This document shows, piece after piece, positions 20,535-31,476 of a stretch of DNA of 64,000 nucleotides. Numbering within the stretch: position 1 is the first letter of the stretch; each line of letters opens with the position of its first letter. This DNA comes from Escherichia coli (lineage in GTDB: Bacteria; Pseudomonadota; Gammaproteobacteria; Enterobacterales; Enterobacteriaceae): NCBI RefSeq assembly GCF_016903815.1, contig NZ_CP069974.1. The stretch is one strand, 5' to 3'. The notes under the pieces were generated by a model, which saw nothing but the letters and a program-made list of their open reading frames with translations, was not told where the DNA came from and made no database searches. The position numbers and the translations under genes were made by a program.

Positions 20535-20846
20535 CTATTTAACCCACTGCCGGAAACACGAATCGGGAACATTATGAAAAATACCGCGCAGCAGGGCTGT
20601 TGGCATATACCAGTAAATCAGGTCTCGTAACCAGGAACTGCCCCGCCCTTTTTTCAGTTTTTTAATCCCGAAATAAACCAGAACCGCTGCACCAATACCG
20701 AACAGATATTTTGATGTTGTGATACCCCAGCCAATACAGATTGCGGCGGGGATCAGTTCATCCAGTGGCAGGCCAAACCAGCGGCTCTGGTTGGTCAGTG
20801 TTTCCGGGAAACGATATTTCTTAAGTTTATTCTCGTCTCCCGACAT
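20535..20846 (-). CDS. traL: TraL
   Basis: Small membrane protein; synteny. Confidence 0.8.
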
Positions 20847-20850
20847 CGTT

Positions 20851-21213
20851 TTATTTCAGGCCAACGACGGCCATACCCACAGCAATAAATACAGAGATGA
20901 TGGCAAAACCGGCCAGGAACTTGACGTTTTTGGTCATCATGTACATGACCGCACCGACCAGAACTTCAGCCAGAACAACCCATTTAACAACACTGGAGTC
21001 CTTACCGAAGGTCGCCTTAACCGTGGTGTTACCGCTTGCCATCAGGTCCTGGCCCTGTGCTGCCATTGCCAGTTGCGGGAAGAACATCATCAGAACAGCA
21101 GCAGGGATCACAGCGCGAGCCAGGCGAAGCATATTCAGACGAGTGAATTTAGAAAAAAACGATTTCTTTTTGACGGGCGCAGAAGCACCCTGAACACTTA
21201 AAAAGGCGTCCAT
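20851..21213 (-). CDS. traA: TraA propilin (F-pilin precursor)
   Basis: 120 aa ...[86 protein letters not shown], classic F-type pilin. Confidence 0.9.
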
Positions 21214-21246
21214 ATGATTCCTCTGTTTAATATTGATAGATAAAAA

Positions 21247-21474
21247 CTAAAGTTCTTTAAATGTTGACTCGTTCTCTTCGATCACCTCCCTGAATATTTC
21301 TTCATTATAGAAATCAGGAAACCGTTTCAGATGATCTCTGAGACGGATCTGAACCTCTATAGTTTTACTTCTACCGCTACGATCTTTGGCCCGAATAAGT
21401 CGGTTATTTGTATCTTCATCGAGATACACTGAGACTGTTCTGCTTATCCCGCCTCTCGCGTTACGCCTCCTCAC
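21247..21474 (-). CDS. traY: TraY (75-aa R100-type ribbon-helix-helix oriT protein)
   Basis: Size and position. Confidence 0.8.
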   Translation of the reverse strand: MRRRNARGGISRTVSVYLDEDTNNRLIRAKDRSGRSKTIEVQIRLRDHLKRFPDFYNEEIFREVIEENESTFKEL

Positions 21475-21561
21475 TCAATTCACCTCTGTTTCCTGACCAA
21501 TAAAATCATGATTGCACAGAAATGGCCTGTCGAAAATGGGCCCAAAACGAGCCCTGCTTTA

Positions 21562-22239
21562 TTACATTTTTTTAACACCCATATATTCACTCAAAACATT
21601 TAATATTTCGTACATTACACCTGTCTTAATACATTTATTCCTGAACAAATCGAAGGAACCCAATCTTTTATTGATATCCGCATTAATCTTTTTAATCCTT
21701 TTTTTAGAAGCCACTTCTGTGATTTTTAATTCTTTAGCTATATTTATATGTTTATACCCTAATGCATAGAAACAAAAAACAACCAATGATTTTGCTGTCA
21801 TATTCGATATAACAGACTGTACATAGCTATCACGATGATAATAATTTTCTTTTTCCACACGAAAGAATGGATAGTCAGGAAATATATTAATTTGCCATAG
21901 AACAACAGATTCTTCATTATAAAATGAAACATTTTCCATCCTTATTTGATAGATTTCTCCATGAAAATTAAAACGACGACAAAATGCGGAACCATGCCCA
22001 AGAGACTGGCATTCAAGCTCAAGTGATGAAAGAAAAATTTCAACCTGCAGACGTACATAACTTTCACCAGAGAAGGGTTTATCTTCTTTGGAAAAGAGTT
22101 CAATAAAGGCCCCATTGGCATAAAGGATTTTCCTTTTTTTGTTACGGACACAAACAGGAACAGGAGAATTCCTGTAGATATTTTGAACGTTAAGAATGTA
22201 TTTATTTACAGATTGACTGTTAAGTGGCCTTTCTCTCAT
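21562..22239 (-). CDS. traJ: TraJ (tra operon activator)
   Basis: 225 aa, AT-rich gene between traM and traY. Confidence 0.8.
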   Translation of the reverse strand: MRERPLNSQSVNKYILNVQNIYRNSPVPVCVRNKKRKILYANGAFIELFSKEDKPFSGESYVRLQVEIFLSSLELECQSLGHGSAFCRRFNFHGEIYQIRMENVSFYNEESVVLWQINIFPDYPFFRVEKENYYHRDSYVQSVISNMTAKSLVVFCFYALGYKHINIAKELKITEVASKKRIKKINADINKRLGSFDLFRNKCIKTGVMYEILNVLSEYMGVKKM

Positions 22240-22320
22240 CGGCGATTTTTAATATCAAGTTTTAACGTGGCATTAACCACATAATTAATATAACCTTTAT
22301 GCGGTTAATTGTCATCAAAT
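22235..22320 (+). ncRNA. finP: Probable finP antisense RNA region (complementary to traJ leader)
   Basis: Position only (traM-traJ intergenic, opposite strand); not checked by structure. Confidence 0.3.
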
Positions 22321-22372
22321 TGAACCAGATCAAAATCCTGTTATTTGAAGCAAATCAACTTTTAATTCTTTT

Positions 22373-22756
22373 TTAACCCTCATCATTTTCTGGAAAGAAC
22401 CTCTCCATCTCAGATGACACCTTCTCCCTGATATCTTCGACCATATTCGCATATTCAAACTTTGGATTTCCGGAGACATGAGGACTGAGAGACTCAATAC
22501 CCAAAATTTTCGCTACTGATGATTGTGTTTTTACAACGCATTCAAGAAGCAATTTATTAAACTCAGTCTGATTAAATGCAGACTCTTTACGCTCCATCTG
22601 AGTCTCATATACACGAAGCCCTAATTCGAGAAGCATAGTGGATATGCTTGAGAAACTTACATCTGTACTTTTAGCTCCTTCTGCACGTCTTCTTTCCACA
22701 ATTTTATTTATTTTATAGACAATTTCGTCACTGACATAAGCCTGCACTTTCGCCAT
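22373..22756 (-). CDS. traM: TraM (oriT-binding relaxosome protein)
   Basis: 127 aa MAKVQAYVSDEIVYKINKIVERRR... Confidence 0.85.
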   Translation of the reverse strand: MAKVQAYVSDEIVYKINKIVERRRAEGAKSTDVSFSSISTMLLELGLRVYETQMERKESAFNQTEFNKLLLECVVKTQSSVAKILGIESLSPHVSGNPKFEYANMVEDIREKVSSEMERFFPENDEG

Positions 22757-22759
22757 ATG

Positions 22760-23100
22760 TATACCTCTTTATTTTCTTATCGCATCAAATTTATTTCACA
22801 TATAAAAAAAAGACAATTCATCGATGAATCGAATCGTGACGCAAGTTACGAAAATTACGATTCATGCAGCAAATCACATCACGAATTGAATCTAGAGTCA
22901 ATTCGCTTTAACTCGTTGTTTTATTATTACTGATTCATCTATGAGTTGTGTTAAATTCATTGGTGAATCATATGCGATTCACCAATGAATCCTTTTTATA
23001 ATGTAAAATAAATTAAAATACATTATTTAAAACATAAGTTAATGATTCAAGTAGCAAATCAGCAAAAACTTGTTTTTGCGTAGTGTGTGGTGCTTTTGGT
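22760..23100. promoter_or_regulatory. oriT: oriT (F/R100-type) with TraM/TraY/IHF site region and nic site near 23088/23089
   Basis: TTTGCGTAGTGTGT/GGTGCTTTTGGTGGTGAGAACCACCAACCTGTTGAGCC matches recalled F-type nick region; upstream CGATTCAC-type repeats (TraM sites). Confidence 0.8.
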
Positions 23101-23179
23101 GGTGAGAACCACCAACCTGTTGAGCCTTTTTGTGGAGTGGGTTAAATTATTTACGGATAAAGTCACCAGAGGTGGAAAA

Positions 23180-23689
23180 ATGAAAAAATGGATGTTAGCC
23201 ATCTGCCTGATGTTTATAAATGAGATCTGCCAAGCCACTGATTGCTTTGATCTTGCAGGCCGGGATTACAAAATAGATCCTGATTTACTGAGAGCAATAT
23301 CATGGCAAGAATCCCGTTACCGGGTTAATGCCATCGGTATTAATCCGGTAACGGGATATGGCAGCGGACTGATGCAGGTAGATTCCCAGCATTTTAACGA
23401 ACTGGCCCGCTACGGAATTAAGCCAGAACATCTGACAACAGATCCCTGCATGAACATTTATACCGGTGCTTATTATCTGGCAATAGCATTTAAAAAATGG
23501 GGCGTCACCTGGGAGGCCGTTGGTGCATACAATGCCGGATTCAGGAAAACCGAACGCCAGAACCAGAGACGTCTTGCCTACGCATCAGATGTTTACCGGA
23601 TTTATACCGGGATAAAAAGCAGTAAAGGTATCCGGCTTCCGGCCACGAAGAAATCACTTCCGGAAATTAACAGCGTGCAGAACAATTAA
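23180..23689 (+). CDS. orf169 / gene X, lytic transglycosylase-like leading-region protein
   Basis: [10 protein letters not shown]... signal peptide, Slt-like motifs; first leading-region gene beside oriT. Confidence 0.8.
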   Translation: MKKWMLAICLMFINEICQATDCFDLAGRDYKIDPDLLRAISWQESRYRVNAIGINPVTGYGSGLMQVDSQHFNELARYGIKPEHLTTDPCMNIYTGAYYLAIAFKKWGVTWEAVGAYNAGFRKTERQNQRRLAYASDVYRIYTGIKSSKGIRLPATKKSLPEINSVQNN

Positions 23690-23985
23690 TCTTACAGACA
23701 TTGTCAGATACCGGTTATGCCGCAAAAGCGGCATGGAAGGCCACACACAAAAATATCATATGAGTGACAATACTGACTGGCCGAAGCCCCGCGAAGCGGG
23801 AACCCATCTTATATATACCCGGTAACTGCGCAGCCTCCTGCCAGACCATTTTTCGCAGGCACAATATTTACAGACAACCGGAAAGCCGGTTGATGAAATT
23901 GAGGTATATCAGACGACACAGCAATGCCGAAAAATGATAATATAAGTAAAGCCCCGAAAATTTTTTCGGGGCTTTACTTATATTA

Positions 23986-24807
23986 TCATGACTTCCACTT
24001 TCTGAACTGTTCGGCAATCACCCATAACGCCTTGTTGATTCTTATATCACCATCAATACCTGTAATGGCTCTTGTCCTGGTATTTTTCCCGGAGGCACTT
24101 CGCCCCGATAATCCACCTTTTATCATATTCTCCTGAACCCGCTGCCAGGTTGTCCAGAGATCGTTCTGTTTGTCTTCCCGACGACGGGGAGTAATTATCT
24201 GTTCAGGTGTCACTGGCGTTTTATTTTCATCTTCATACCTGACCATCAGTGCAGCTCTGCCAAATAAATGTTGCTCGTCACTGTTAAGATGAATTTCTTT
24301 CATCGCCTCCATATTATCAGTGACCTTATCAAAGACACCGAGCACTTCATACGCTCCCTCGATAACCTGCCCGACAATATCACCTTTATGTGGAACGCGG
24401 ATTTCGCCAAAATTATTTCCGCACACCAGGCCATTTGTGCAGACAAAACGAAAAATTCCGGGGATCATCTGATAACTGGATGAACCATCATGTGAATTAA
24501 GCAGGATAATTTCAGGAACTTCCTGTCCGTTAATATGCCCTTCCCTGCGAAGACGTAACATATGTTTACTGTATTCGCGACGTCCCAAATCACGAACCCG
24601 ACTCTGACAGGCAAAGAATGGCTGGAAACCTTCATCACGTAACTTATTGATGATATTGATTGTTGGAATATACGTATAACGTTCACTCCGGGACTCATGT
24701 TTATCACCGGAAAATACCGAAGGCACGAACTGCATTAATTCATCATCCGTTAAAGGACGTTCACGGCGGATGGAATTATACCGACCAAAACGGGAAGCTA
24801 ATCGCAT
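23986..24807 (-). CDS. Conserved IncF leading-region protein (DUF932-like, tentative)
   Basis: ORF 23986..24888; likely start MRLASRFGRYNSIRRERPLT... Confidence 0.6.
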   Translation of the reverse strand: MRLASRFGRYNSIRRERPLTDDELMQFVPSVFSGDKHESRSERYTYIPTINIINKLRDEGFQPFFACQSRVRDLGRREYSKHMLRLRREGHINGQEVPEIILLNSHDGSSSYQMIPGIFRFVCTNGLVCGNNFGEIRVPHKGDIVGQVIEGAYEVLGVFDKVTDNMEAMKEIHLNSDEQHLFGRAALMVRYEDENKTPVTPEQIITPRRREDKQNDLWTTWQRVQENMIKGGLSGRSASGKNTRTRAITGIDGDIRINKALWVIAEQFRKWKS

Positions 24808-24925
24808 AACAGCTACTCCTTTATGAAAGAATAAATTTAATAAAAAATTTTTCCGCTTAATATCATCCCCCCCGATCTCCATTAACAAGATTGCAACAAT
24901 CAGGAGGGGTATTCATCACATCCGG

Positions 24926-25213
24926 TCAGCAGATCGCCCGGATATCGAGGCCGGCACGCTTAATCTGACGCAGGAACTGTTTGAAGTGATCGGCTTCCGC
25001 AATGTTGATATGGCGGAACTGCTTATCCACACCCTGACTGAGCGCGTAGCTATAACTGAAGGCCATCTTTTCCGGGTGGCTTTTGCGATATTTTTTCAGC
25101 TCAGTCAGGCTGCTGAATTCCAGGACGTCCCACTCTTCCCCGGTGTTTTTTTTCTTCCCGGCAACAAGAAGCGTGTACGACGCGGTGTTAACGTGGATAT
25201 TTCGGGTACTCAT
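24926..25213 (-). CDS. Small conserved leading-region protein (YubO/DUF905-like, tentative)
   Basis: 95-aa ORF; RBS present; same upstream motif as ssb. Confidence 0.55.
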   Translation of the reverse strand: MSTRNIHVNTASYTLLVAGKKKNTGEEWDVLEFSSLTELKKYRKSHPEKMAFSYSYALSQGVDKQFRHINIAEADHFKQFLRQIKRAGLDIRAIC

Positions 25214-25254
25214 CCTGCTTTCTCCTCTCTCTGGTTTTCAGCCCCCATCATCTG

Positions 25255-28206
25255 TTGAGTTTCGGGAGCCGCGGTTTTGACGTTTTGCGGGGACCTGCCT
25301 TTTGTTCCCTCCGGTATTCACCATCACCTTTTTGAGAACCTTCGCCGCAAGGGGCATCACTGCCACGGACGGAAACGACTGTCCGGGGGCAGACCGCAAA
25401 AGTTTTTGCCTGCTTCTGGGCAAAAAGTTTTGCGGGATGTGCATTTCACCCCTGGACTGGCGGAGACGGTTGTGGCTGTCTTTGCCCCCGGCGACAGGGG
25501 CTTAAACAGGTGAATGGCACCGGACAGAACAACGGGCAGGGACCCGCCGCAACGACGTGAAGCGCGGTTTGCGAAACGGCGTTGCCCCTTACATCCCGGC
25601 GGTCTTTTGCCGGGATGCCAGGAGCGCAGGCCACGGCGCGACAGAGGCGGCGCGACCGGAACGGTCGCTGCAAGCCAGGGGTTTTCACGCATCGGACCGT
25701 AGCGACAGCCCGAAACCGCGCCAGCGGGTTCGGCGGAGACTGGCAGGTGCGCCAGCAGCTGCCTGTCGGAGTCGGGCCTGACGACCGGATGCCGCCAGGC
25801 AGCCGGGAGCCGAAGGTGCGCGTGCGACAGGAAGTCGCTTAACGTATTGTTTTACATTGATAAAACCAGCTATCCCATTAGCTGTAGCCTACCGGGACAG
25901 GCGTTGCCGGCAACGGCGGGGTCTGAAGCTCCCGGGACAACGAGAGCCGGGCGTCAGCCCGGGTAATGCCCCGTGAGGGGCTTTACCTTGCTGCAAGCAT
26001 CATGCGGCAGGAGAGCAAGGCTGGTCAGAAGGGTTAACACATGTGAACTGTTGATAAACACCGTTATCGGCAACAGGCCAAAGATGCTGACAGGCCTGAA
26101 CCAAAAGGTACGGGGTCCGGTTGCTACCTCGCGCACAGGGAGCACATGGGCGCAGAGACCCCCGGTGAAGAGACAGAACCCGCCCTGACCCTCTGTATGT
26201 TAAGCGGAACCTGGTAAACCCGTATCGCTGCCTCACAGGCAGGTGAACCGCAAGGAACACTGTTAGCGGTGCGGGCATAGGAGGACGGAAAAAGCGAATG
26301 CCCGGCTGTAATAACCGGGATACGGGGCAGGTTCCCCGACGCGAAAGCGGGCAGACTTCCGTCTGGTCTTTAATTGCATGAAAAGCTGTAAAGCAGTCAA
26401 AAGGATATCAGCGAGATGAATACACACATCAGTGTGTCCACGATACCCCACCCGACAGGCTGGCACACCATAAACTGGAAAGCATGCCATGCCCGGGTGC
26501 GAAAGCTACAGTTACGGATTGCAAAGGCAACCCGACAGCAACAATGGCGGCAGGTCAGAGAACTACAGCGCATCCTCACCCGCTCATTCTCCGGCAAAGC
26601 CGTGGCTGTCAGGCGTGTAACTGAAAATACCGGTAAAAGGACACCCGGTATTGACGGAAAAATATGGCACACACCGAAGGAGAAATGGGAAGGAATATGC
26701 AGCCTGAATCTGTGTGGTTACAGGCCACAGCCACTACGGCGAATACATATCCCAAAATCAAACGGCAAAACGCGACCGCTGGGCATACCCACAATGAGGG
26801 ACCGGGCCATGCAGGCACTGTGGCTGCTGGCTCTGGAACCCGTATCCGAGACCACTGCTGACCATAACAGCTATGGTTTCAGACCAATGCGCAGCACGCA
26901 TGACGCCATTGAGTCCATTTTTCTGCGGATGAGCCAGAAAGTATCGCCCAAATGGATACTGGAGGGCGATATTAAAGGGTGCTTCGATAACATCAGCCAT
27001 GACTGGCTGCTTTCCCATATTCCGATGGACAGGAGACTGCTTAAAAAATGGTTGAAAGCAGGTTACATGGAAAGAGGCGTGTTTAACCATACGAACAGCG
27101 GGACACCGCAGGGAGGCATCATATCCCCTGTTCTCGCCAACATGGCTCTGGACGGACTGGAGAAGGAACTGATGCAAACGTTCAGGAAAAGTGGTTATCA
27201 CAGTGCAAAGCACCAGGTGAATTATGTGAGATATGCTGATGATTTCATCTGTTCAGGCAGCTCCCGTGAATTGCTGGAAAATGAGGTCAGACCACTGATT
27301 GCAGCTTTCATGCGCGAACGAGGGCTGGAACTGTCGGAAGAAAAAACAGCGATCACACATATAGATAAAGGCTTCGACTTTTTAGGGCAGAACGTCAGGA
27401 AGTACAACGGTAAAATGCTGATTAAACCGTCGAAGAAAAACCTGAAGAACTTCCTCTGTAAAGTCAGAGAAATAATTAAACGCAATCCGACGCTCCCGGC
27501 ATGGAAACTGATAGGCCAGCTAAACCCGGTGATCCGGGGATGGGCTACCTATCACCGACACGTCGTGGCGAAAGAAACATTTAATTATGTCGACACCCAA
27601 ATCTGGCGAGCTATATGGCGATGGTGTGTAAGACGGCATCCCCGGAAAGGATTGCGGTGGATCGCCGGACGATACTTCTCCTTTGAAGGCAGGCGCTGGA
27701 TCTTTAAAGCCATAACCCCGGAAGGGAAAATTCTGACACTCTTCCGGGCAATGGAAACACCGATAAAGCGCCATATAAAAATCAAAGGCGAAGCAACACC
27801 ATACACCCCCGGAATGGAAATCTACTTTGAACGTCGTCTGGATCTAATCTGGAAAGGCAAATCAAAGAAGATGAAGACAGTAGTTCAACTCTGGAAGAGG
27901 CAGGGGAAACACTGTCCGCAGTGCGGACAACTCATAACCAACCAGACCGGATGGAATATACATCACCGGATCAGGAAAGTTATGGGCGGCAGTGACGAAC
28001 TGACCAATCTCGAGTTGTTACATCCGAACTGCCACCGACAGTTACACAGCAGGGAAGCCGGTGCTCACCGAAAGCACTTATAAAGGCTTGAGCGGAGTGC
28101 GGGGAAACTCGCACGCTCCGTTCTTAGGGGGCGGCGGCGCAGCAATGTGCCGCTGCTACCCGACCCGGCAGACAGGACAACACTGCAGTAGTCAGAATCA
28201 GAGCAG
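25255..28206 (+). mobile_element. Group II intron, copy A (RT/maturase with HNH endonuclease)
   Basis: Intron-encoded protein ORF plus domain V hairpin GAGCGGAGTGCGGGGAAACTCGCACGCTCCGTTC at 28093-28126; ends approximate (5' start lacks canonical GUGYG, 3' end between 28164 and 28206). Confidence 0.75.
26416..28083 (+). CDS. Group II intron-encoded reverse transcriptase/maturase/HNH endonuclease (555 aa)
   Basis: RT motifs incl. YVRYADDF, maturase X region, C-terminal CPQCG...HH HNH. Confidence 0.9.
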   Translation: MNTHISVSTIPHPTGWHTINWKACHARVRKLQLRIAKATRQQQWRQVRELQRILTRSFSGKAVAVRRVTENTGKRTPGIDGKIWHTPKEKWEGICSLNLCGYRPQPLRRIHIPKSNGKTRPLGIPTMRDRAMQALWLLALEPVSETTADHNSYGFRPMRSTHDAIESIFLRMSQKVSPKWILEGDIKGCFDNISHDWLLSHIPMDRRLLKKWLKAGYMERGVFNHTNSGTPQGGIISPVLANMALDGLEKELMQTFRKSGYHSAKHQVNYVRYADDFICSGSSRELLENEVRPLIAAFMRERGLELSEEKTAITHIDKGFDFLGQNVRKYNGKMLIKPSKKNLKNFLCKVREIIKRNPTLPAWKLIGQLNPVIRGWATYHRHVVAKETFNYVDTQIWRAIWRWCVRRHPRKGLRWIAGRYFSFEGRRWIFKAITPEGKILTLFRAMETPIKRHIKIKGEATPYTPGMEIYFERRLDLIWKGKSKKMKTVVQLWKRQGKHCPQCGQLITNQTGWNIHHRIRKVMGGSDELTNLELLHPNCHRQLHSREAGAHRKHL

Positions 28207-28477
28207 GAAGAAAAAGAGAATAATCACAGGGAAGGTGATGTGATTTCTGACAGGCCATAACCAGAGAAGGCGGGGGAAAAGAACGGGCGCCGCAGGCGCG
28301 CGTTCATCCCCGTTCCTGAAGGGAAACGACCTTCCTGAAGTCAGGTTGTTCATGCCCGTACAACATCAGCAAGGAGAAAGGGGCTACCGGCGAACCAGCA
28401 GCCCCTTTATAAAGGCGCTTCAGTAGTCAGACCAGCATCAGTCCTGAAAAGGCGGGCCTGCGCCCGCCTCCAGGTTG

Positions 28478-28636
28478 CTACTTACCGGATTCGTAAGCCA
28501 TGAAAGCCGCCACCTCTCTGTGTCCGTCTCTGTAACGAATCTCGCACAGCGATTTTCGTGTCAGATAAGTGAATATCAACAGTGTGAGACACACGATCAA
28601 CACACACCAGACAAGGGAACTTCGTGGTAGTTTCAT
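28478..28636 (-). CDS. hok: Hok-family membrane toxin (hok/sok or flm type I toxin-antitoxin)
   Basis: 52 aa [52 protein letters not shown]. Confidence 0.9.
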   Translation of the reverse strand: MKLPRSSLVWCVLIVCLTLLIFTYLTRKSLCEIRYRDGHREVAAFMAYESGK

Positions 28637-28742
28637 GGCCTTCTTCTCCTTGCGCAAAGCGCGGTAAGAGGCTATCCTGATGTGGACTAGACATAGGGAT
28701 GCCTCGTGGTGGTTAATGTACTGACCCCAAAAAGTTGGACAG

Positions 28743-29594
28743 TTAAACACGAGGCATATAGGTCTGATTCCGATATTCAATTGGAGTCAGACCTTTTAAT
28801 TTCAGGCTAATTCTTCTGCTGTTGTAGTATTCAATATATTCCGTAACAGCATCCTTCAGTTCGCTTATATTACTGAACTCATCAAGATAAAAACACTCCG
28901 ACTTTAAGGTTCCAAAGAAACACTCCACCACAGCATTATCCAGACAATTGCCTTTTCTGGACATGCTTTGTTTAATACCATGTTCTTTAAGGATATTTTG
29001 ATATCTTCTCATACGATACTGCCATCCCTGGTCAGAGTGCAGAACAGGATGCTCGTGAGGATTAAGCTTTTTGAATGCCTGATCGAGCATATTCTCAACC
29101 ATGTTCATCACTGGTCTTTCCGAAAGGCTGTAAGAAATAACTTCGTTGTTGAAGAGATCTATTACTGGAGACAAATACAGCTTGCGCCCATTGACTGCAA
29201 ATTCAGTAACATCGGTAACCCACTTCTCGTTTGGCCGCGTAGCCTTGAAATCTCTTTGGAGAACATTAGGGGCGGTTTGCCCTACCTCTCCTCTGTAAGA
29301 GCGGTATCGCTTGACCTTAATCGCTGCTTTAAGTGAGAGGGTTCCCATCAGGCGCTGAACAGCTTTATGGTTAATCTGTTTCCCTTCTCGATGAAGAGAC
29401 AGCGTTACCCTACGGTATCCGTATCGGCCTCTATTCTCGTGATAAATCTCACTAATACGCTTTTTAACGTCCGCATACTTGTCAGGCTTGCTGAGAGCCT
29501 TTAGATGATAATAAAACGTACTGCGCGGTATCTCCGCAGCCCTGAGAAGCTCATCAAGAGGATAAAACTGCCTTAGCTCGTTGAGTACTTTCAC
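28743..29594 (-). CDS. insK: IS150 OrfB (DDE catalytic domain)
   Basis: 283-aa ORF. Confidence 0.8.
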
Positions 29595-30112
29595 TTTTTC
29601 GTGGGATGAGCTAAGGCTTTCAGCTTTTTTAGATACATAAGCCGCGTTTCAAGAAATCGAACTTGCCTTTCAAGATCCTCAATGCGTCGGTCTTTTGACA
29701 GCTCCAATGCTGATGCCGCTTTTTCTGGATCAACTGATATTGCAATGTTTCTTTTGGTGCCAATCTTGAGCGCGCGTAAACCAGCTTCTCCGCGCTCTTC
29801 ATAGACCTTCAGCCACCTGGCTACAGAACCACTACCAGCAAGCATAAAGTGAGCAGCAGCCTGATTAAGGGACATGTGCTGCTCGATCACAGCTTTCACG
29901 ACCTTAATACGCAACTCTGGATCAGCACTAACGCCTTTAGGTTTGGGAATTAAACCTTTTTCTCCATGTTTTTCATAGAGGGCAACCCATGTCCTGACCT
30001 GGGTTCGGGGGACACCAAAACGTGCCGAGATGATCCTGTAACCATCATCAGTTGTGAAGTAGTGATTCACGACTTCAAGGCGCTTTTCAAAAGGGTATTT
30101 TGGCTTTGACAT
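29591..30112 (-). CDS. insJ: IS150 OrfA (HTH)
   Basis: 173-aa ORF. Confidence 0.8.
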   Translation of the reverse strand: MSKPKYPFEKRLEVVNHYFTTDDGYRIISARFGVPRTQVRTWVALYEKHGEKGLIPKPKGVSADPELRIKVVKAVIEQHMSLNQAAAHFMLAGSGSVARWLKVYEERGEAGLRALKIGTKRNIAISVDPEKAASALELSKDRRIEDLERQVRFLETRLMYLKKLKALAHPTKK

Positions 30113-30271
30113 ATTAGGGGCTATTCCATTTCATCGTCCAACAAAATGGGTGCAGTACAAGCGCCGGGCACATCATAGCCCATATACCTGCACGCTGACC
30201 ACACTCACTTTCCCTGAAAATAATCCGCTCATTCAGACCGTTCACGGGAAATCCGTGTGATTGTTGCCGCA

Positions 30272-30991
30272 TCACGCTGCCTCCCGGAGTTTGTTCGGCA
30301 CCATCCACCGCTCCATCTCACGAACAGCATGACCGACCACCCTTGCCGCCATACCAGCCTCTGCGATGACCTGCCAGAATGGCATATCCTGCCACTGCCA
30401 GCGTTCCATTCCGGCCAGTGACGGAAAACGCTCGCCCCACTGCCAGAACAGGGTTTCCAGGTCATGCTCTGCCACCCGGTCACTCCAGCGTGCATGCCAG
30501 CTTCCGACTGTTTCCGGCGAATGGAATGCCAGTTCGATTTCAGCCTGAGCGACCAGCGCCTGGTACGCACGGGCTTTCTGCTCTGCCTCCCTCGCCTGCT
30601 GGCGGCTGTACTTCTGCATGACCAGCGCGGATTTATGGCGACTGCGTTCCCTGACACGAAACCGCACCGACGGGAACAAGCGCTCTGCTGCATCACCGGG
30701 AAGGGGAAGGAGGCAGACCTCGCCCTGTGTTTCAATCAGCACATCGATGGCATACAGCCACTGAAGACGGTTGCCGTGCAGTTCTTCTGCGGTCAGGGAC
30801 GGCATGAAAAATCGCAGGTCAGACAGCGATATCCTGCGGCTTCCGTTCAGACAGCGGAAAAACGCCCCCGCATACGGATATTCAGCCAGCGTGTTACCCT
30901 GATGGCGGCGTTTTTCGGTCTCCGCCACCGCCCGCCATGCGGCCTGTTGCTCTGTGCTGAGAGGAACCAGTGCCTGTGAACGTGCGCTCAT
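30272..30991 (-). CDS. psiA: PsiA (plasmid SOS inhibition)
   Basis: 239-aa ORF, synteny with psiB. Confidence 0.85.
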   Translation of the reverse strand: MSARSQALVPLSTEQQAAWRAVAETEKRRHQGNTLAEYPYAGAFFRCLNGSRRISLSDLRFFMPSLTAEELHGNRLQWLYAIDVLIETQGEVCLLPLPGDAAERLFPSVRFRVRERSRHKSALVMQKYSRQQAREAEQKARAYQALVAQAEIELAFHSPETVGSWHARWSDRVAEHDLETLFWQWGERFPSLAGMERWQWQDMPFWQVIAEAGMAARVVGHAVREMERWMVPNKLREAA

Positions 30992-31425
30992 GCCTGACCT
31001 CCTTCCGCCATCAGGATATGGATGATGTCACTGACGCTGTACCCCTGCGCGTCCAGTGACGCCGCCAGTGCCAGTGAATGGCTGACGGCTTCCGGTGCAA
31101 ACCGCCGCTGTACCTGAACCACCGCAAACGGCTCACCACCGGCATTCACCAGAACCAGCACCCAGACCTGAGAGACATCGCCCGGTGAACATAACGCCAG
31201 GTGGAAACGTTCGTGGGCTGGCGTGAAACGAACCTGGACGGGGAAAAAGCCCCCGAACTCACTGCCATACTCGCCATTCATCATCCAGTTGTCCGGCGCA
31301 TCCAGTTCCCGCATCACGGCGTGTGTCAGCTCACGACGTTCATCACTTCCGGCTGCCCGGATATCTTCATATTCCTGTGCGCTCATGGTCTGTAATACAT
31401 TCAGGGTCAGTTCAGTTTTCATCAC
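30988..31425 (-). CDS. psiB: PsiB (RecA/SOS inhibitor)
   Basis: 145 aa [41 protein letters not shown]... Confidence 0.9.
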   Translation of the reverse strand: MMKTELTLNVLQTMSAQEYEDIRAAGSDERRELTHAVMRELDAPDNWMMNGEYGSEFGGFFPVQVRFTPAHERFHLALCSPGDVSQVWVLVLVNAGGEPFAVVQVQRRFAPEAVSHSLALAASLDAQGYSVSDIIHILMAEGGQA

Positions 31426-31476
31426 GGTATCTCCCTTGCTGCCGCCCCGTCTCCGGCGGGGCGGTGTGGTTGTTTA

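Larger units (their letters stand above)
28717..30159 (-). mobile_element. IS150 (IS3 family), 1443 bp
   Basis: Terminal IRs TGTACTGACCCCAAAAAGTTGGAC / TGTACTGCACCCATTTTGTTGGAC; orfA (29591..30112, 173 aa) and orfB (28743..29594, 283 aa) with frameshift overlap. Confidence 0.85.

Noticed and set aside
25238-26400. Many overlapping 60-110-aa ORFs on both strands (repeated at 37023.. and 42736..)
   Set aside because: They lie in the GC-rich structured RNA domains of the group II intron upstream of its protein gene; repeated only because the intron is repeated.
26758-27213. 151-aa minus-strand ORF inside each copy of the intron RT gene
   Set aside because: Antisense to a well-supported RT coding sequence; no independent support.
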